Assembly: GCA_021613535.1 (NCBI GenBank)
Contig: CP075496.1
Location: 7,440,001 to 7,504,000 of the forward strand
DNA from: Adineta vaga
Lineage: Eukaryota > Animalia > Rotifera
Direction of reading: 5' to 3'
DNA: 64,000 nucleotides
In this document: positions 31,371 to 43,500 of the stretch, one piece after another
Numbering within the stretch: position 1 is the stretch's first letter
Layout of the letters: the number at the start of each line of letters is the position of its first letter
The notes under the pieces: generated by a model
What the model was told of the DNA's origin: nothing
What the model saw: only the letters and a program-made list of their open reading frames with translations
Databases searched by the model: none
Program-made: the position numbers and the translations under genes

Positions 31371-32149
31371 ATGTCGCTAAGTTTAGCAGCGAATGTTGAA
31401 TATGATCATTTATTTAAAATAGTCATTATTGGTGATAGTGGAGTAGGGTATGCATTCTTTTCGTATCTCTATCGAGTTCTGTTTTATATAAAGTTGATTT
31501 TGTCTAGGAAAACTTCGATTCTACAACGATTTGCTACTGAACATTTCTCAGATGATTACGTTGCAACAATAGGTGTAGGTAAGAGTAACTTTTCTAAATT
31601 CATATTCTATATATAAAAGATATCATGTTCATGAAAATAGATTTTCATATCCGAACAATTGATATCGATGGTAAACGTTGTAAATTACAAGTATGGGATA
31701 CAGCTGGTCAAGATCGTTTCAGATGTGTTGTATCAACATTTTATCGTGGGGCACACGGTGCAATGATCTGTTTTGATATGACTGATAAAGAGAGTTTTTA
31801 TAATGTCGATTGTTGGCTTGAAGCACTTGAGAGATCTCAACCTAATGATATACCGATGCTTCTTATTGGAACAAAATGTGATTTACAATTTAAACGTGTA
31901 ATATCATATTCAACAGCCAAGGCATATGCAGATAAAAGACAAATGACCTATATTGAAACGAGCTCAAAAGCAAATGAAAATATTCAAAACTGTTTTTTTG
32001 ATTTTACCCGAACAATATTAATACACAACAATCAGATGAAGATCGATGACAAAGATGGATCAAAATCAAAAATTAAAGTTGATTTAAATGATCAAACAAA
32101 ACCAATAACAAGTGGAGGATGTATGACAGGATATAACTGTATCATTTAA
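31371..32149 (+). CDS. Rab-family GTPase (Rab1/Rab8-like, divergent)
   Basis: YDHLFKIVIIGDSGVGKT, TIGVDF, KLQVWDTAGQDRFR, IGTKCDL, ETSSK; 2 introns; ends GGCMTGYNCII. Confidence 0.92.
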
Positions 32150-32611
32150 ACTCTTTTCATCAGTTGTATTTATACATATGAACATTAGTTTATCAACTAT
32201 TTCTATGACTTCTCTATGCGTAATCATCGAGAACGATAAGACGTTTTTTTTCCATTGTATTGAAAATAAATGACTTGTTCATTTTTTTTGTCTGATTTTA
32301 ATTTTTATTATTACGAATATTCAACATTTACTAAAGCAATATAATGTAATACGTTAAGTAAAAAAAACTGTTTTCACAATCAGCGATTGGACGATATAGA
32401 GAAAAGAAGTGCAAATTAATTGGAATGATTAGTAGATAAAAGTAGATGAGGGTATAGAAAAAGACTAATTTTCATTGAGAACAATTAGGACGGTTAAAAG
32501 CGAGAAAATAATCTTTCACCTATCTAAATGTCGAAAATACACACGTTTCGTCGTATCACAGAAAATCTACTTCGATGACTGTAATATACTGTTAGAAAAA
32601 AAAAGAAACTA

Positions 32612-34233
32612 TTAAACGATTGATTTCGTTGCAAAATTATTCGATGTTGATGATAAATAATTTCCGTCATCATGAAATTTCAAATAGGGTAAAGTGAACC
32701 AACCCCATTGTTCGTCTGGCCAAACATGTAGCACAAGATTTGCTTGAGGATGTTGATATTTTATAAGTAAATATGCACAGACAACGATAGCTTCGTTACT
32801 ACTAAATATAATTAATACATGCCAAAAAGAATGTAAATAAGGAAAAGAAATGGAAAGCCAAAATGAACAAAACATTCGATCACATATCCATATTGTCACA
32901 GCAACGGCCCACATACCCAAACAATGAATACCAAGATTTTTAATATGACGATTATCACACCTGAAAACATAAAGTTAATTTAAATGGAAATAGATGTTAT
33001 ATTTACCTTGAAAGATGTATAGCTAGAAATGCAATCGAAGGTAAACCAAGAATCATTAAAGCAAATGCATTAGCATATGGGTAAATAATAGAAAGGCAAG
33101 TAATGACAATCGTCAATACAATACAACTATAGATAAACTGATGTCTAAATGAAATATAGAACTAAATATCATTTAAAATAATCATTAGTTTCATTTATAT
33201 CATGCATATCATAATTAGCCATTCCGAATCATTCATTATGCTAGCTAATCTTACTGTCGAGGACGATAGCGTATACCCCACGTATATAAAACTCTGTAAT
33301 ATGTTCATTTAATTCTTATATCATCGAATTCTTAGAATAGAATAGAGAAAAGAGAATTTACCGTTGTGCACGAAGTGACTGTGGAAAATAAGTAGCTGGT
33401 AAAAATAATGCATAACCTGCCATCAGTACCCATAAGATAGATATTTCATCAACTAGTTGTCCAGCCTAAGAAAATAACGACACAACAGCAAAATATGAGT
33501 AATTCAATGTTATATTTTCACTTACAAGACTAAGTGTTGCATGAAAATAGACAGAACCAATACCAATAATAATCAATAAAATCCAAAGAATTGCAATTCC
33601 ATTTGCTGTTCGTTTAGAATAAGATGCAAAAAGTATAATCATCATCGGTGGAACCAAAAAGAAGAATATATTGGATACCTTGAAGATAAAAAAGTATATC
33701 ATTAAACATATTGGGATAATTGCACAAGTCTACAAACAAGTAAACGCATACATTTGCGATCTAAGAAAATTCTTATTTCTATCTAGCACTAATTAATTAT
33801 CAATAGCAAGCAAAAAATTGGAAAAAAAACGAATGATCATGCAATTAACAAATGTAATAAATAGCATTCCCGAAATGAAGGAAAGAAAAAGGAATGTTGA
33901 AAAGTTACCTTTGATCCACACATTTACAATGTTAGCCTGCAATACAAACTATAGTAAGTAATCAATTCAGCAGAGTTATTTCAAACTAATTCATTCCAAA
34001 AGACAAGTAAAAGAGAAGATATTTCATACAGCCAATAAGAACATGTAAAAATATTCTAACTTGATTGAAAAGAAAATACGTACTGTATTCCAAAATTCAC
34101 TAATATATGCACTAACAGCATAATTAGGTTCACACCAATCAACTTTGCTGGAACCAATTCGAAATGGACTGTCATTGATATTCTTATCAATACTATTCAA
34201 AGGAATGTTGTCTAATTTTGATGAGATATACAT
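32612..34233 (-). CDS. ACER: Alkaline ceramidase (ACER1/2-like)
   Basis: SSKVDWCEPNY, EFWNTVSN, GIGSVYFHATLS..GQLVDE, WICDR.FC, PYLHSFWH (CREST Zn-binding His residues). Confidence 0.93.
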
Positions 34234-34395
34234 TCTTATCTAGAAATATATATGTTCGATTTTAATTATTCATGTTCAAACAAGAATACATATGTATCTA
34301 TGCATATATGAAGAGAGAGAGAGAAAAAAATATCTGACTTATTTACATCGAATAAGAAGGTTATATATACATCAATTGGACTGAAATTACTTATT

Positions 34396-37240
34396 TTACT
34401 GAGAAAGAACAAGAGTTGAAAGTGTATCAAGATTTTGTTTATCAGATGAATAACGTCGATTTGTATTATTCGATAAATATTCTTCTGATTTGGATAATAG
34501 ATATGTTGGTGGTTGTTCAGGAATAAGTGATGTACGATTATCAATTGTGGATATAGATTTCAAAAGTGTTAATTGCGAATCACCAAAGATCCATTCTGAT
34601 GATCGACATAAACGTTTAGAAGTATTTTCATTCGTATAATCACGACGATTTTCATCATTTTCTGATACGGTTCGTTTTCGACTACCGAATGGTTTTATTT
34701 TCGAAGCAGATAGATTTGATAGAGAAGATTTTCGTCGATTGATTGATGATAGAGAACGTACGGGTGATGAAATTGTATGAAAAATAGATGAAAGAATTGT
34801 TTTACGATTTGTTAAACCATATTGACGATGTCGAACAAGTGTCGCAATATTATGGGAATGATTCGTTGTTGGAAATGTATTGGGTAACGAACATGTTGAT
34901 GTAGAAATTTCATTATCAAACGATAATGACCAAAGACGAACTTGAAAATCATCGGAACATGTGATAAACTATGAAACAGACAACAAATGAAAAATTTTAT
35001 CCTGTAAAACATATAAATTCGTACCGAAAATGGATTCGTTGGATGATAAGCAACGGCAGTTACTTCTTCGCAACTATGTTCAATTTTGATCGGTTCGATA
35101 GATGGTTGATTAATCTAAATAGATAGATTTGCTGATCTATATTCATTCTTAACTTATATTTTCGCGTATGTATAGCAATTATCACGCAGTATATTTGAAA
35201 TTATATTCAAATTTTCCAACAAAAACTTACTCGATAAATGTATGAGGCAAAATCACTCGATCCTGTTAGTAAAAGTTGATCATATGGACTAATTGCTATT
35301 TTAATATTAAAAGAACCAACACGATGACCGGTATAGGATGAAATTTTTGATTTCGTTGAATAAGAATTTTCATGAAGATCAAATTGATAAATTTTACTAT
35401 TTGTACAATTAGCAAAAAGTGTCGTACGATTCGAATCCATTTTCATATCCGAAAAACCAGCAAGACGATTGATTGATTTCACATCATCAATCGGTACACA
35501 AAACATACGTTTTGGTTTTGGCATATGATTTGTATTTAAACGTGAATAAGTATATCGAAGATCCCACACTTTGAGTGCACTAATTCAACATTAATAGAAG
35601 ATATGGAGAAATATAAATGTTTACAAAAAGGATTTTTTTTGTTTACCTATCAGCACACGCACATGAATATAGATTATATTCATCTTGAAATTCAACAGCA
35701 GTCACACTACGTGTATCTTTCTATAGGAGAAAAAACAATCATTCTCTTTCTTATTGAATAACTTTAGAAATAGAATTATATATTGTCATTATTTACTCGT
35801 GCTGATTTTTGTAATGCTGTGGAACTTATATGAGCACAAACAATAGAACTAATTGGATATAATGCTCCTTCTAGCGAAAAGAAAAATGACGATGATTGAA
35901 GTCTCACGTAGAAAATAATCGATTAATTACGTTTTTTTGAATAACGTCGATCATAAATATTAATGATAGAATCTCGACCACCTGTCGCTAGCACGTCTAA
36001 ACATGATGTTAATATTAATTTTTGCTTGTTAAATTTCAATTAACCTACGTGTACTATAATGTAATTTACTAACACTTCGAACACTCATTGTATGGCCACG
36101 CAATAAATCAATTTCAGCACCTGTTTCAATATCATAAATTACTGTTATTTGATCACCTGATGTTGCACATAATAATCGATCGCTTATCCAAGCAATAGCA
36201 AAGATACATTGAGAATGACAAGTAAATTCTAAATGAAAATGGATATAAAAAATACTCGTATTTTAAAGTTTTTTTCAGTCTTTTCTTCGAAATATCATGT
36301 GAATTATGAAAGAAAAATTAGATAATGTATGCGATTAGAAACATATAGGAAGCAAATAAGCATGCTTGAAATTTTATTCATCATACCTTTCACGAGTTTT
36401 AGAGTATCATTATAAGTTGAATAGAGATGAATTTTACCATTATCATAACTGATTGCACATATATCATGATCTATGAAATTCAAAAGCAAAGACTTCGAAT
36501 GATATGGGTTTTATATTAGTATGTAAATAATAACATTCTTCAACATTTAAAACTAAAAATAATACCATATTATCTATTGTTCTTTCGACTTAGAAAAAAT
36601 AGAAGAGCATCCTAGAAAATACTCGATCATAAGTGATAATTCGAATTCTTTTTTCTTCTAGTAATTAAAAAATAAAAATACATTCTATATAACTATTATC
36701 ACACGACAAAGGATTTCTTTTGACATACGATTCTTCTTTTTCTAGTATCCGTTAATACACGTCCTTCGTAAACGGATCGTATCAAGATTTGTATGATCAT
36801 TAAACCTTAATAGTAAAAATCTTTTTTCTCTACATCTAGCAAATGTATCTCTTTCCTCACGAACTAACTTTTAATAAATTCCTTATATAAAATAATGCTT
36901 AAGAAGATTAGTTGTCTACTGCAAAGTTCTCTTTAAAATATTTTATCAATGTAGAGAGCGAATCACTACAATAGATGCCTGAATAAAAATATATATCCTA
37001 AAGAAGTAAAGGCATATTCCTGAATTTCTGGTTAGATTTAACTAGAAAACAAAGAACCGGAAAGTTAATATTTTACTTGGATGATAAGCACATGCACATG
37101 GTACTCGTTGATACTAGAAAAGTGAAATAAAACGAATCAGCTTCAAAAAGAAGTGGTACAGTTACACTTACATTTGCTTCGTAATCAATATAAGTATCTG
37201 TTCCCACTTCCTGTATTTTTAATTTTCGATAATTAGCCAT
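34396..37240 (-). CDS. DTL: Denticleless/Cdt2 WD40 protein (CRL4 substrate receptor)
   Basis: Spliced WD40 repeats: ICAISYDNGKIHLY, HSQCIFAIAW..TSGDQ, GHTMSVRSV, LATGGRDS, SVTAVEFQDE, LKVWDLR, LLLTGSSD, TCSDDFQVRLW; start MANYRKLKIQEVG inferred. Confidence 0.8.
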
Positions 37241-37515
37241 GAAATCATTAAAAAAGAGAATCTTGATTAATCTAAATGGAAAGTTTTATTTTCATTGGTT
37301 TTGCTTCTAGTAATAATATAATCGATCAATTGACTGTATATATGTATGCGTGTCTTTTTTTGTTGGTTTATTTATTTTTTAAATCTCAATCCCATTTATT
37401 GTCTAGATGATAATACAAAACAAAACTATAAAAACAATGCTTATCTATTGTTCTTATTTTGTTATATTAAATAGGATTGATCGGAGATATTTTTCTTTTG
37501 CTTGTCGATCTGTTC

Positions 37516-37977
37516 TTATTGAAAACCAGCTCGTCGAGCATAACCACCTTGTTGTCGGTCACCATGTGAACGTTGATTACCATGACCTTGTTGATTTTGT
37601 TGATCATTTGCTTCTTGAACATCAACATTTTGTAATGATTTAAAGTCAAATGCATTCAACATATCCTTTGTATCTTGATCAATGGCAATCATTGTGGATG
37701 GTTCAAGTGCAGAAACTTCAGGAACATAGTTATCTCGTCGTTCACGTTCTTCTTCTTGAAGTTTAATTGAGATACCACGTACAGGTCCAGCTTGAATACG
37801 TTTCATTAAATGTGTAATAAAACCAGCAATTTGATTACGAAGACGTTTTGTTGGAATAATAGCAATTTCTTCCACAACACGTTTGTTGGTATGAAAATCG
37901 AGCGTCAATTTTGTATAATATTTTTCAATAATTTGACGCGATGCCTTTTTAATGGTTTTTGTACGAACGCGACCCAT
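37516..37977 (-). CDS. RPS17: 40S ribosomal protein S17 (eS17), intronless CDS
   Basis: [49 protein letters not shown]. Confidence 0.99.
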   Translation of the reverse strand: MGRVRTKTIKKASRQIIEKYYTKLTLDFHTNKRVVEEIAIIPTKRLRNQIAGFITHLMKRIQAGPVRGISIKLQEEERERRDNYVPEVSALEPSTMIAIDQDTKDMLNAFDFKSLQNVDVQEANDQQNQQGHGNQRSHGDRQQGGYARRAGFQ

Positions 37978-38111
37978 TTTGTTTTCAAATGATGTTAGAG
38001 AAAAACAATCAGATGATCTGAAAAAGAAAAGGAAAAAATCAGGATATTTTTATTTACAGAAGAATATATAAAATGCAGAAGACGTATTATATTCGTAATT
38101 TATAAATAAAT

Positions 38112-38480
38112 TTAAGAAGATTTAGGGTCACCAACAATTAATTTAACTTTAGGTTGCCGATTTTCAGGTTTCGCTGCATAGTCAGATTCAGTATGATATC
38201 GACAATGTGAACAATTATCAAATTCATCGACTTCAGTTGTTTTCTCATTGTCCAATTCAGGGTTATGTGGTTTGGTGTAAATACAACAACATTTGGATTT
38301 TTTCTTATTCATGAATTCGTTATCAATTGTTCCTTCAGTCCAATGTACACGGGCACCAGTATCAGTTGGACGATGTAGTTCAAGAATAAGAGCAGGAGAA
38401 TGTGCTCTAACTGGTTGATCTGTTTCAGTTGTAGTAATTGTAGTAGTACCAGAATCGTTGGTTTCTGCTGCCATTGCCAT
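38112..38480 (-). CDS. PPP1R11: Protein phosphatase 1 inhibitor-3 (PPP1R11/Ypi1)
   Basis: RVHW PP1-docking motif followed by [18 protein letters not shown]. Confidence 0.93.
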   Translation of the reverse strand: MAMAAETNDSGTTTITTTETDQPVRAHSPALILELHRPTDTGARVHWTEGTIDNEFMNKKKSKCCCIYTKPHNPELDNEKTTEVDEFDNCSHCRYHTESDYAAKPENRQPKVKLIVGDPKSS

Positions 38481-39093
38481 TTAATGGCTACAATACGATC
38501 AGAAAAAACGTTTATATCTGAAAGTAAAAAATAAATTAATAGAGATAGCCATCTTTTTAAGCGCGAATTTGAATTGATATATATATGTATGTTTACTTTT
38601 ATCTGTATTCGCAATCGTTTTATGATCGATACGTGATATGATATAACAATAAAAATATCGATGGGTATTCGTTGATGATGCATAAAAATGATCTGATAAC
38701 CGTTTAACATACATATATATTACTTTCTTCTATTCGCGAATTCGTGAATACAAAGAAAATAAACCGATTTAATTATGTTAATTTTCATGAAATGTTATGA
38801 GAAAAAAAAACTTCTAATAAATAAGTGTAAATTCTTATTTTAATAATGCCATCTAGTTATCCATTACATATCTATCAATCCTCGCTTTACCACCACTCTT
38901 TATTTCATCCGTCCTCTCTTTCATAATTTTATTTATTTTATATCACTAGTGACCTCTATTGAACATAGAGAGTATCGATGATGGTTGTATCTAAGGAATC
39001 GAACATGTCGGATGTACTTTCATCACACTATAATTCTTATTATTAAGTAAAATCGATAGTTAATCCACTGTCTATTCACTATTTATTGAATGC

Positions 39094-39666
39094 ATGGGTC
39101 TACTTGATTCATTAATCGAATGGCTCGGTTTTGGTCGACGTGAAGTTAATGTTCTCGTAGTAGGTTTAGATAATAGTGGTAAATCTTCACTTCTAAATTA
39201 TCTTCGACCACGAGACACTCAATCAGAATTCATTGCACCAACAGTAGGTTTTAATGTTGAACAGTTTACATGTAAAGGATTATCATTTAATGCTTTTGAT
39301 ATGAGTGGACAAAGTCGATATAGAACATTATGGGGAAATTATTATCGTACAACGAATGGAATCATATTTGTGGTTGATAGTGCAGATAAAACACGTGTTC
39401 TTGTTGCTCGAGAAGAACTTCAACAGTTACTTTCACATTCCGATATATCATCACGAAATATTCCAATCTTATTCTTTGCAAATAAAATGGATATACGTGA
39501 TGCATTATCCGATGTTGGTGTATCATCGGCATTAGGTCTTGATGGAATTAATAATAAATCTTGGCATATATGTTCCAGTAATGCACTTACAGGTGAAGGT
39601 GTAAGCGATGGTATTGGATGGTTAAGTTCAGCGATTAAAACTTCACTTGAACAAGCCCGGCGATGA
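39094..39666 (+). CDS. ARL6: ADP-ribosylation factor-like 6 (BBS3), intronless
   Basis: MGLLD, GLDNSGKS, PTVGF, FDMSGQSRYRTLW, IPILFFANKMD, WHICSSNALTGEG. Confidence 0.93.
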   Translation: MGLLDSLIEWLGFGRREVNVLVVGLDNSGKSSLLNYLRPRDTQSEFIAPTVGFNVEQFTCKGLSFNAFDMSGQSRYRTLWGNYYRTTNGIIFVVDSADKTRVLVAREELQQLLSHSDISSRNIPILFFANKMDIRDALSDVGVSSALGLDGINNKSWHICSSNALTGEGVSDGIGWLSSAIKTSLEQARR

Positions 39667-40535
39667 AAATTCATTCGTATTTTTCTTTCATTAGACATTT
39701 TCGACAGATATGTGCAATTTTCTAACTCAAATTTCATGTCTGTGTTATCATTACCTAACAAATAAATCCAAAAAATTATTTATTTATTTAAATGAATAAT
39801 CGTACAAGTTTTAAATAAATCTCTAATATTGTCATAGTTTTCAGCCATAAAACAATACATATGAACTTCACTATAGTACATTAAAATTCAGCATGTCAGA
39901 TAAGTAGGCATTCAATGGAACAGATCTTCAATTTTAGTACATACTTAATTAAACGTTGAAAACTATTTCGATTGCTTTAGAAATAATCTTATTTAATTAA
40001 CAAAAGCAAGGTACACGTTATTTGTGAGAACTCTATGTACCAGATCAATGAAAATCATGATTCTATGGTAAACCTTTCACTTCCATCAATGTCGAACACA
40101 GATACTGATCTTATCTTTTACAAATATTTTCTATTTGAAATGATTCAAATAGCTTAAATTAGTTCGATTGTTTTATATTTCTTTTTATTTGTCTACTGGT
40201 CAGAAGATTTTCCTAGTGATTATTATTGATACAATCAAAACTGGTATTCTCATTTTCTTTTTCTTACATCTCGTAGGGAAGTATCGCTCGAAATATCTAT
40301 CAACAGTCTGACGTCATTGTACATTGAACGAGTATGTTCCGATTATATTTATATTAATTGAGACACGTTATTTGTTTCACTTCACTGAATCGGCATGGAT
40401 TAAAGGAAAAAAAATAATGAACATATAAGAAACACAAAAAATAAATATCGAGAGGATATTTTAAATCAAGCCTGACTATTTAAATAATGGGAACACAGAA
40501 AAAAAATAAGATACCCAAATAAAAAAGAAAAACTT

Positions 40536-43500
40536 TTATGATAAAGATGATGGTAATGTTCGAATATCAACAAAATAATTATGTGTATTTGATTTGATCG
40601 GTATAGTTGTTGAATGAATTTTATCTATCATTGCTAATGTGATATTTCCTAAAGAATAAAATCCTGGTTTGAAGAAACATGCATGTAAAGTTAAAGATAA
40701 ATGTTCATATGCCGATAAATGAAGAAATTGTTCCGTCATACCAGACCACAAACAACATGATGATAGAAGTGGATCAGAATCTAATGATGATCTTGAAAAA
40801 CAAATTTGATACATATCTCAAATGAAGAATTAAAAAGAATTTTACCTAATCAGTTGTAACTGTAAATCTATTTGTTCATTGCTTCGATTAAATACTTTCA
40901 ATTGAACAGGTAAAAATAAAGTCTTTGTAAATAGATGTTCAATTACAGGAGGATAAATTAATTCATACTGTATTATTTCATCTAATCCTGATTGAGTGTT
41001 AGGTAAATCAATTGAAGGTGAAATTATATGTAAACCATGACGTAATTCAATTTGACCTAATTGATTTGACATAGCTATTTGCCAGAGAAGAACAAGTGAT
41101 ATAGGAGGAATGGGTGGTAATGGATTGGATTGTTTATGACGATTTGTTGAATGTATAGAATCGATATTTGAAATAAAACGACGAAAAAAATCACCGATTG
41201 GATTTTGACTAATATCAATCTATGTATAAATAAACGGTGAATGATCGATTTTTAGTGGTTAACAAAAAATTCACTTACAAATTTATCTTTCGTTGTCTCA
41301 TCAGTTGATAGATAAATATGTTTCATATGTAATGAATCATTTTCATTTTCTCCCTGTGTACATTTGAATAAAAGTGATAAATTTTCACCATAACGAATCG
41401 AATCTAAGAATTATAAATAGTTATTATATTAATTTCGATGAAAATTTTACTCTTTGAATTGAATGAAAGATTATGAATATGCCAATTTTTACTAATACAA
41501 GAAAGTTGCTGAATATTAATACTTAAAGTATTGGGTGTCTAAAGAAAGGTAACTATTATTTCAAAAGATATTAGAAAAAGATTCTTACTGTCATTAGATT
41601 ATCGATTTGAACCGGTAACATAAGTTCACCAAGTCCTGTTGATTGAGTTTGAGTATTGAAACCAATGGAATGTGTAATTATAAATAAGGATGAATGTTTT
41701 ACAGTTCGATGTCTAAAAGAAAAGATTAGAACTTCACACATTCTTTTCTTTCAAAATTCTCTCGGTTTTCAGTATCGTTGAAAATATTTCAAACAATACT
41801 TCTCAATTTGCTCGTAGCTGAGTTTTAAATTTGATTGAATTAGGTACCTTAATGGTTGTTGAAAAACATCTGATTCATAGAGAAATAAAAAGTCCACATT
41901 CATTTCACCAGCTAAATGCGATGCACGTAACCATAGACGTACAGTTCGAGTTGAATTTGCTTGTAAAGGATGATGATGATTAACAAGAGTTAAAACCGAT
42001 GATTGTTGACTTAAAGAATGATTCCATATCGATTGAGATTCATTCGTATATGTAAATAAAGAATCATCATTCGATGAAGATACTGTGATGAAATTAGGTT
42101 GATTTATTGCTAATCGTATACGATTTATTGCATGTGTTGGACTTCGATTGATCAAATGAATTAAACAAGATTGAATTTCACCACAAAACATTGCAGTTGG
42201 TATTGGAGAAAATTCAATCTACAAAAAAAACAATATTATTTCATAGTAAGATGAATCTTTATGAAGATCGGTTACATGAAGAAGTGGTGCTTCAGGCACG
42301 ACTTGTAATTCCAATCGTTTATCAATGCCATACATTACATTCAAACGTTCTTTACGATTTGAATTAAGTCGTATACCTTTAACATGAAATAATGTCTTGC
42401 CCATAATTCCATATGGCCATGTTGTTTGATCGCTTATATTTTGCACGAGAACATTAAGACGATAACATATACCTAGAATTGTTACGTAACCAGGTTGAAG
42501 TGGTCGTAATGATAATTCTATCTATATTAATGAGAAAAACATAAGTATAGATAAATTATATCATACAATAATTTGCATTTTCTTACTTTGGAAGTATCAT
42601 TTGGGAAAATCACACAATCACTAACAATATCACATTCGACAGGTTGATCATTCTTCAAAAAGAAAAGATTGAAAAAATAATTTCAAAAGTGAATTATCTT
42701 ATTTCGATCATTTTTTAACAAGACTGAAAACATTACGCTTCATTAACACATATGAAAATCTTCTTCTCATGATGAGACATTCTCACCTGCTTTGTTAATG
42801 TATCATTTGTATGTTCGTGGAAAACATCTGCCGTCTCTGCAGATACACTTGTTTTACGTTTCCAACCTGTCACTGAATGTTTCCATAGTATTTGTACTTC
42901 ACTCAATAATAATGGCACTTGAAGAATGTTTCGGACATAGAATTCGACACGAACAGTTTCTGAAAACAAAAATCGACAAGAAATTTTCTTATTAAATATA
43001 CATGTATCTATGAACGAACCATTAGCAACAGCAATTGGATGTTGTTGGTTATGTGTACGATTGGTAAAAAGATTTATTTGTGTACGTGTACCACTAGCTC
43101 GTCGATCATGTGCAATGATTGTTCGTTCGAGATCTGACCATATTTCTCGTGTTTCATCAAAATCAAACTCATTACAATTGGCTATATGACCACCTTAAAA
43201 GAAAGGAAAAGAAAATATCTTCTCATTATTTGACGACAGGAAAGAATAAAATCAGTTTCATACCCATCTGTGCTTGCTGAGAACTAGCAAGAAGTATTTT
43301 AATTGTCGAATTATCTACAATTGGAACTGGTAGTTCAGGTAGAGTTGTTTGAGAGTTAGTTAGTTGCTGAAAAGAATAGAAACAATGTTTTGAATACAAG
43401 TAAGAAAAGAACTTACATTAAATACAGTTAAATACTCTTTGAAGAAATTAATTTGTTGTTGAGCATTTTGTATACGATTATTTGGTGTAAAAAGAGCATT

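Noticed and set aside
36270-36385. ATGATGA ... CTGA (box C/D-like) in a DTL intron
   Set aside because: Box C overlaps the splice donor; no terminal stem or recognisable rRNA guide.
36747-36777. Hairpin ATCCGTT..AACGGAT in the long DTL intron (H/ACA snoRNA?)
   Set aside because: Only one convincing stem; no clear second hairpin or ACA box.
38987-39000. Possible RFX X-box upstream of ciliary ARL6 (GTATCTAAGGAATC)
   Set aside because: Only one good half-site; not distinguishable from chance.
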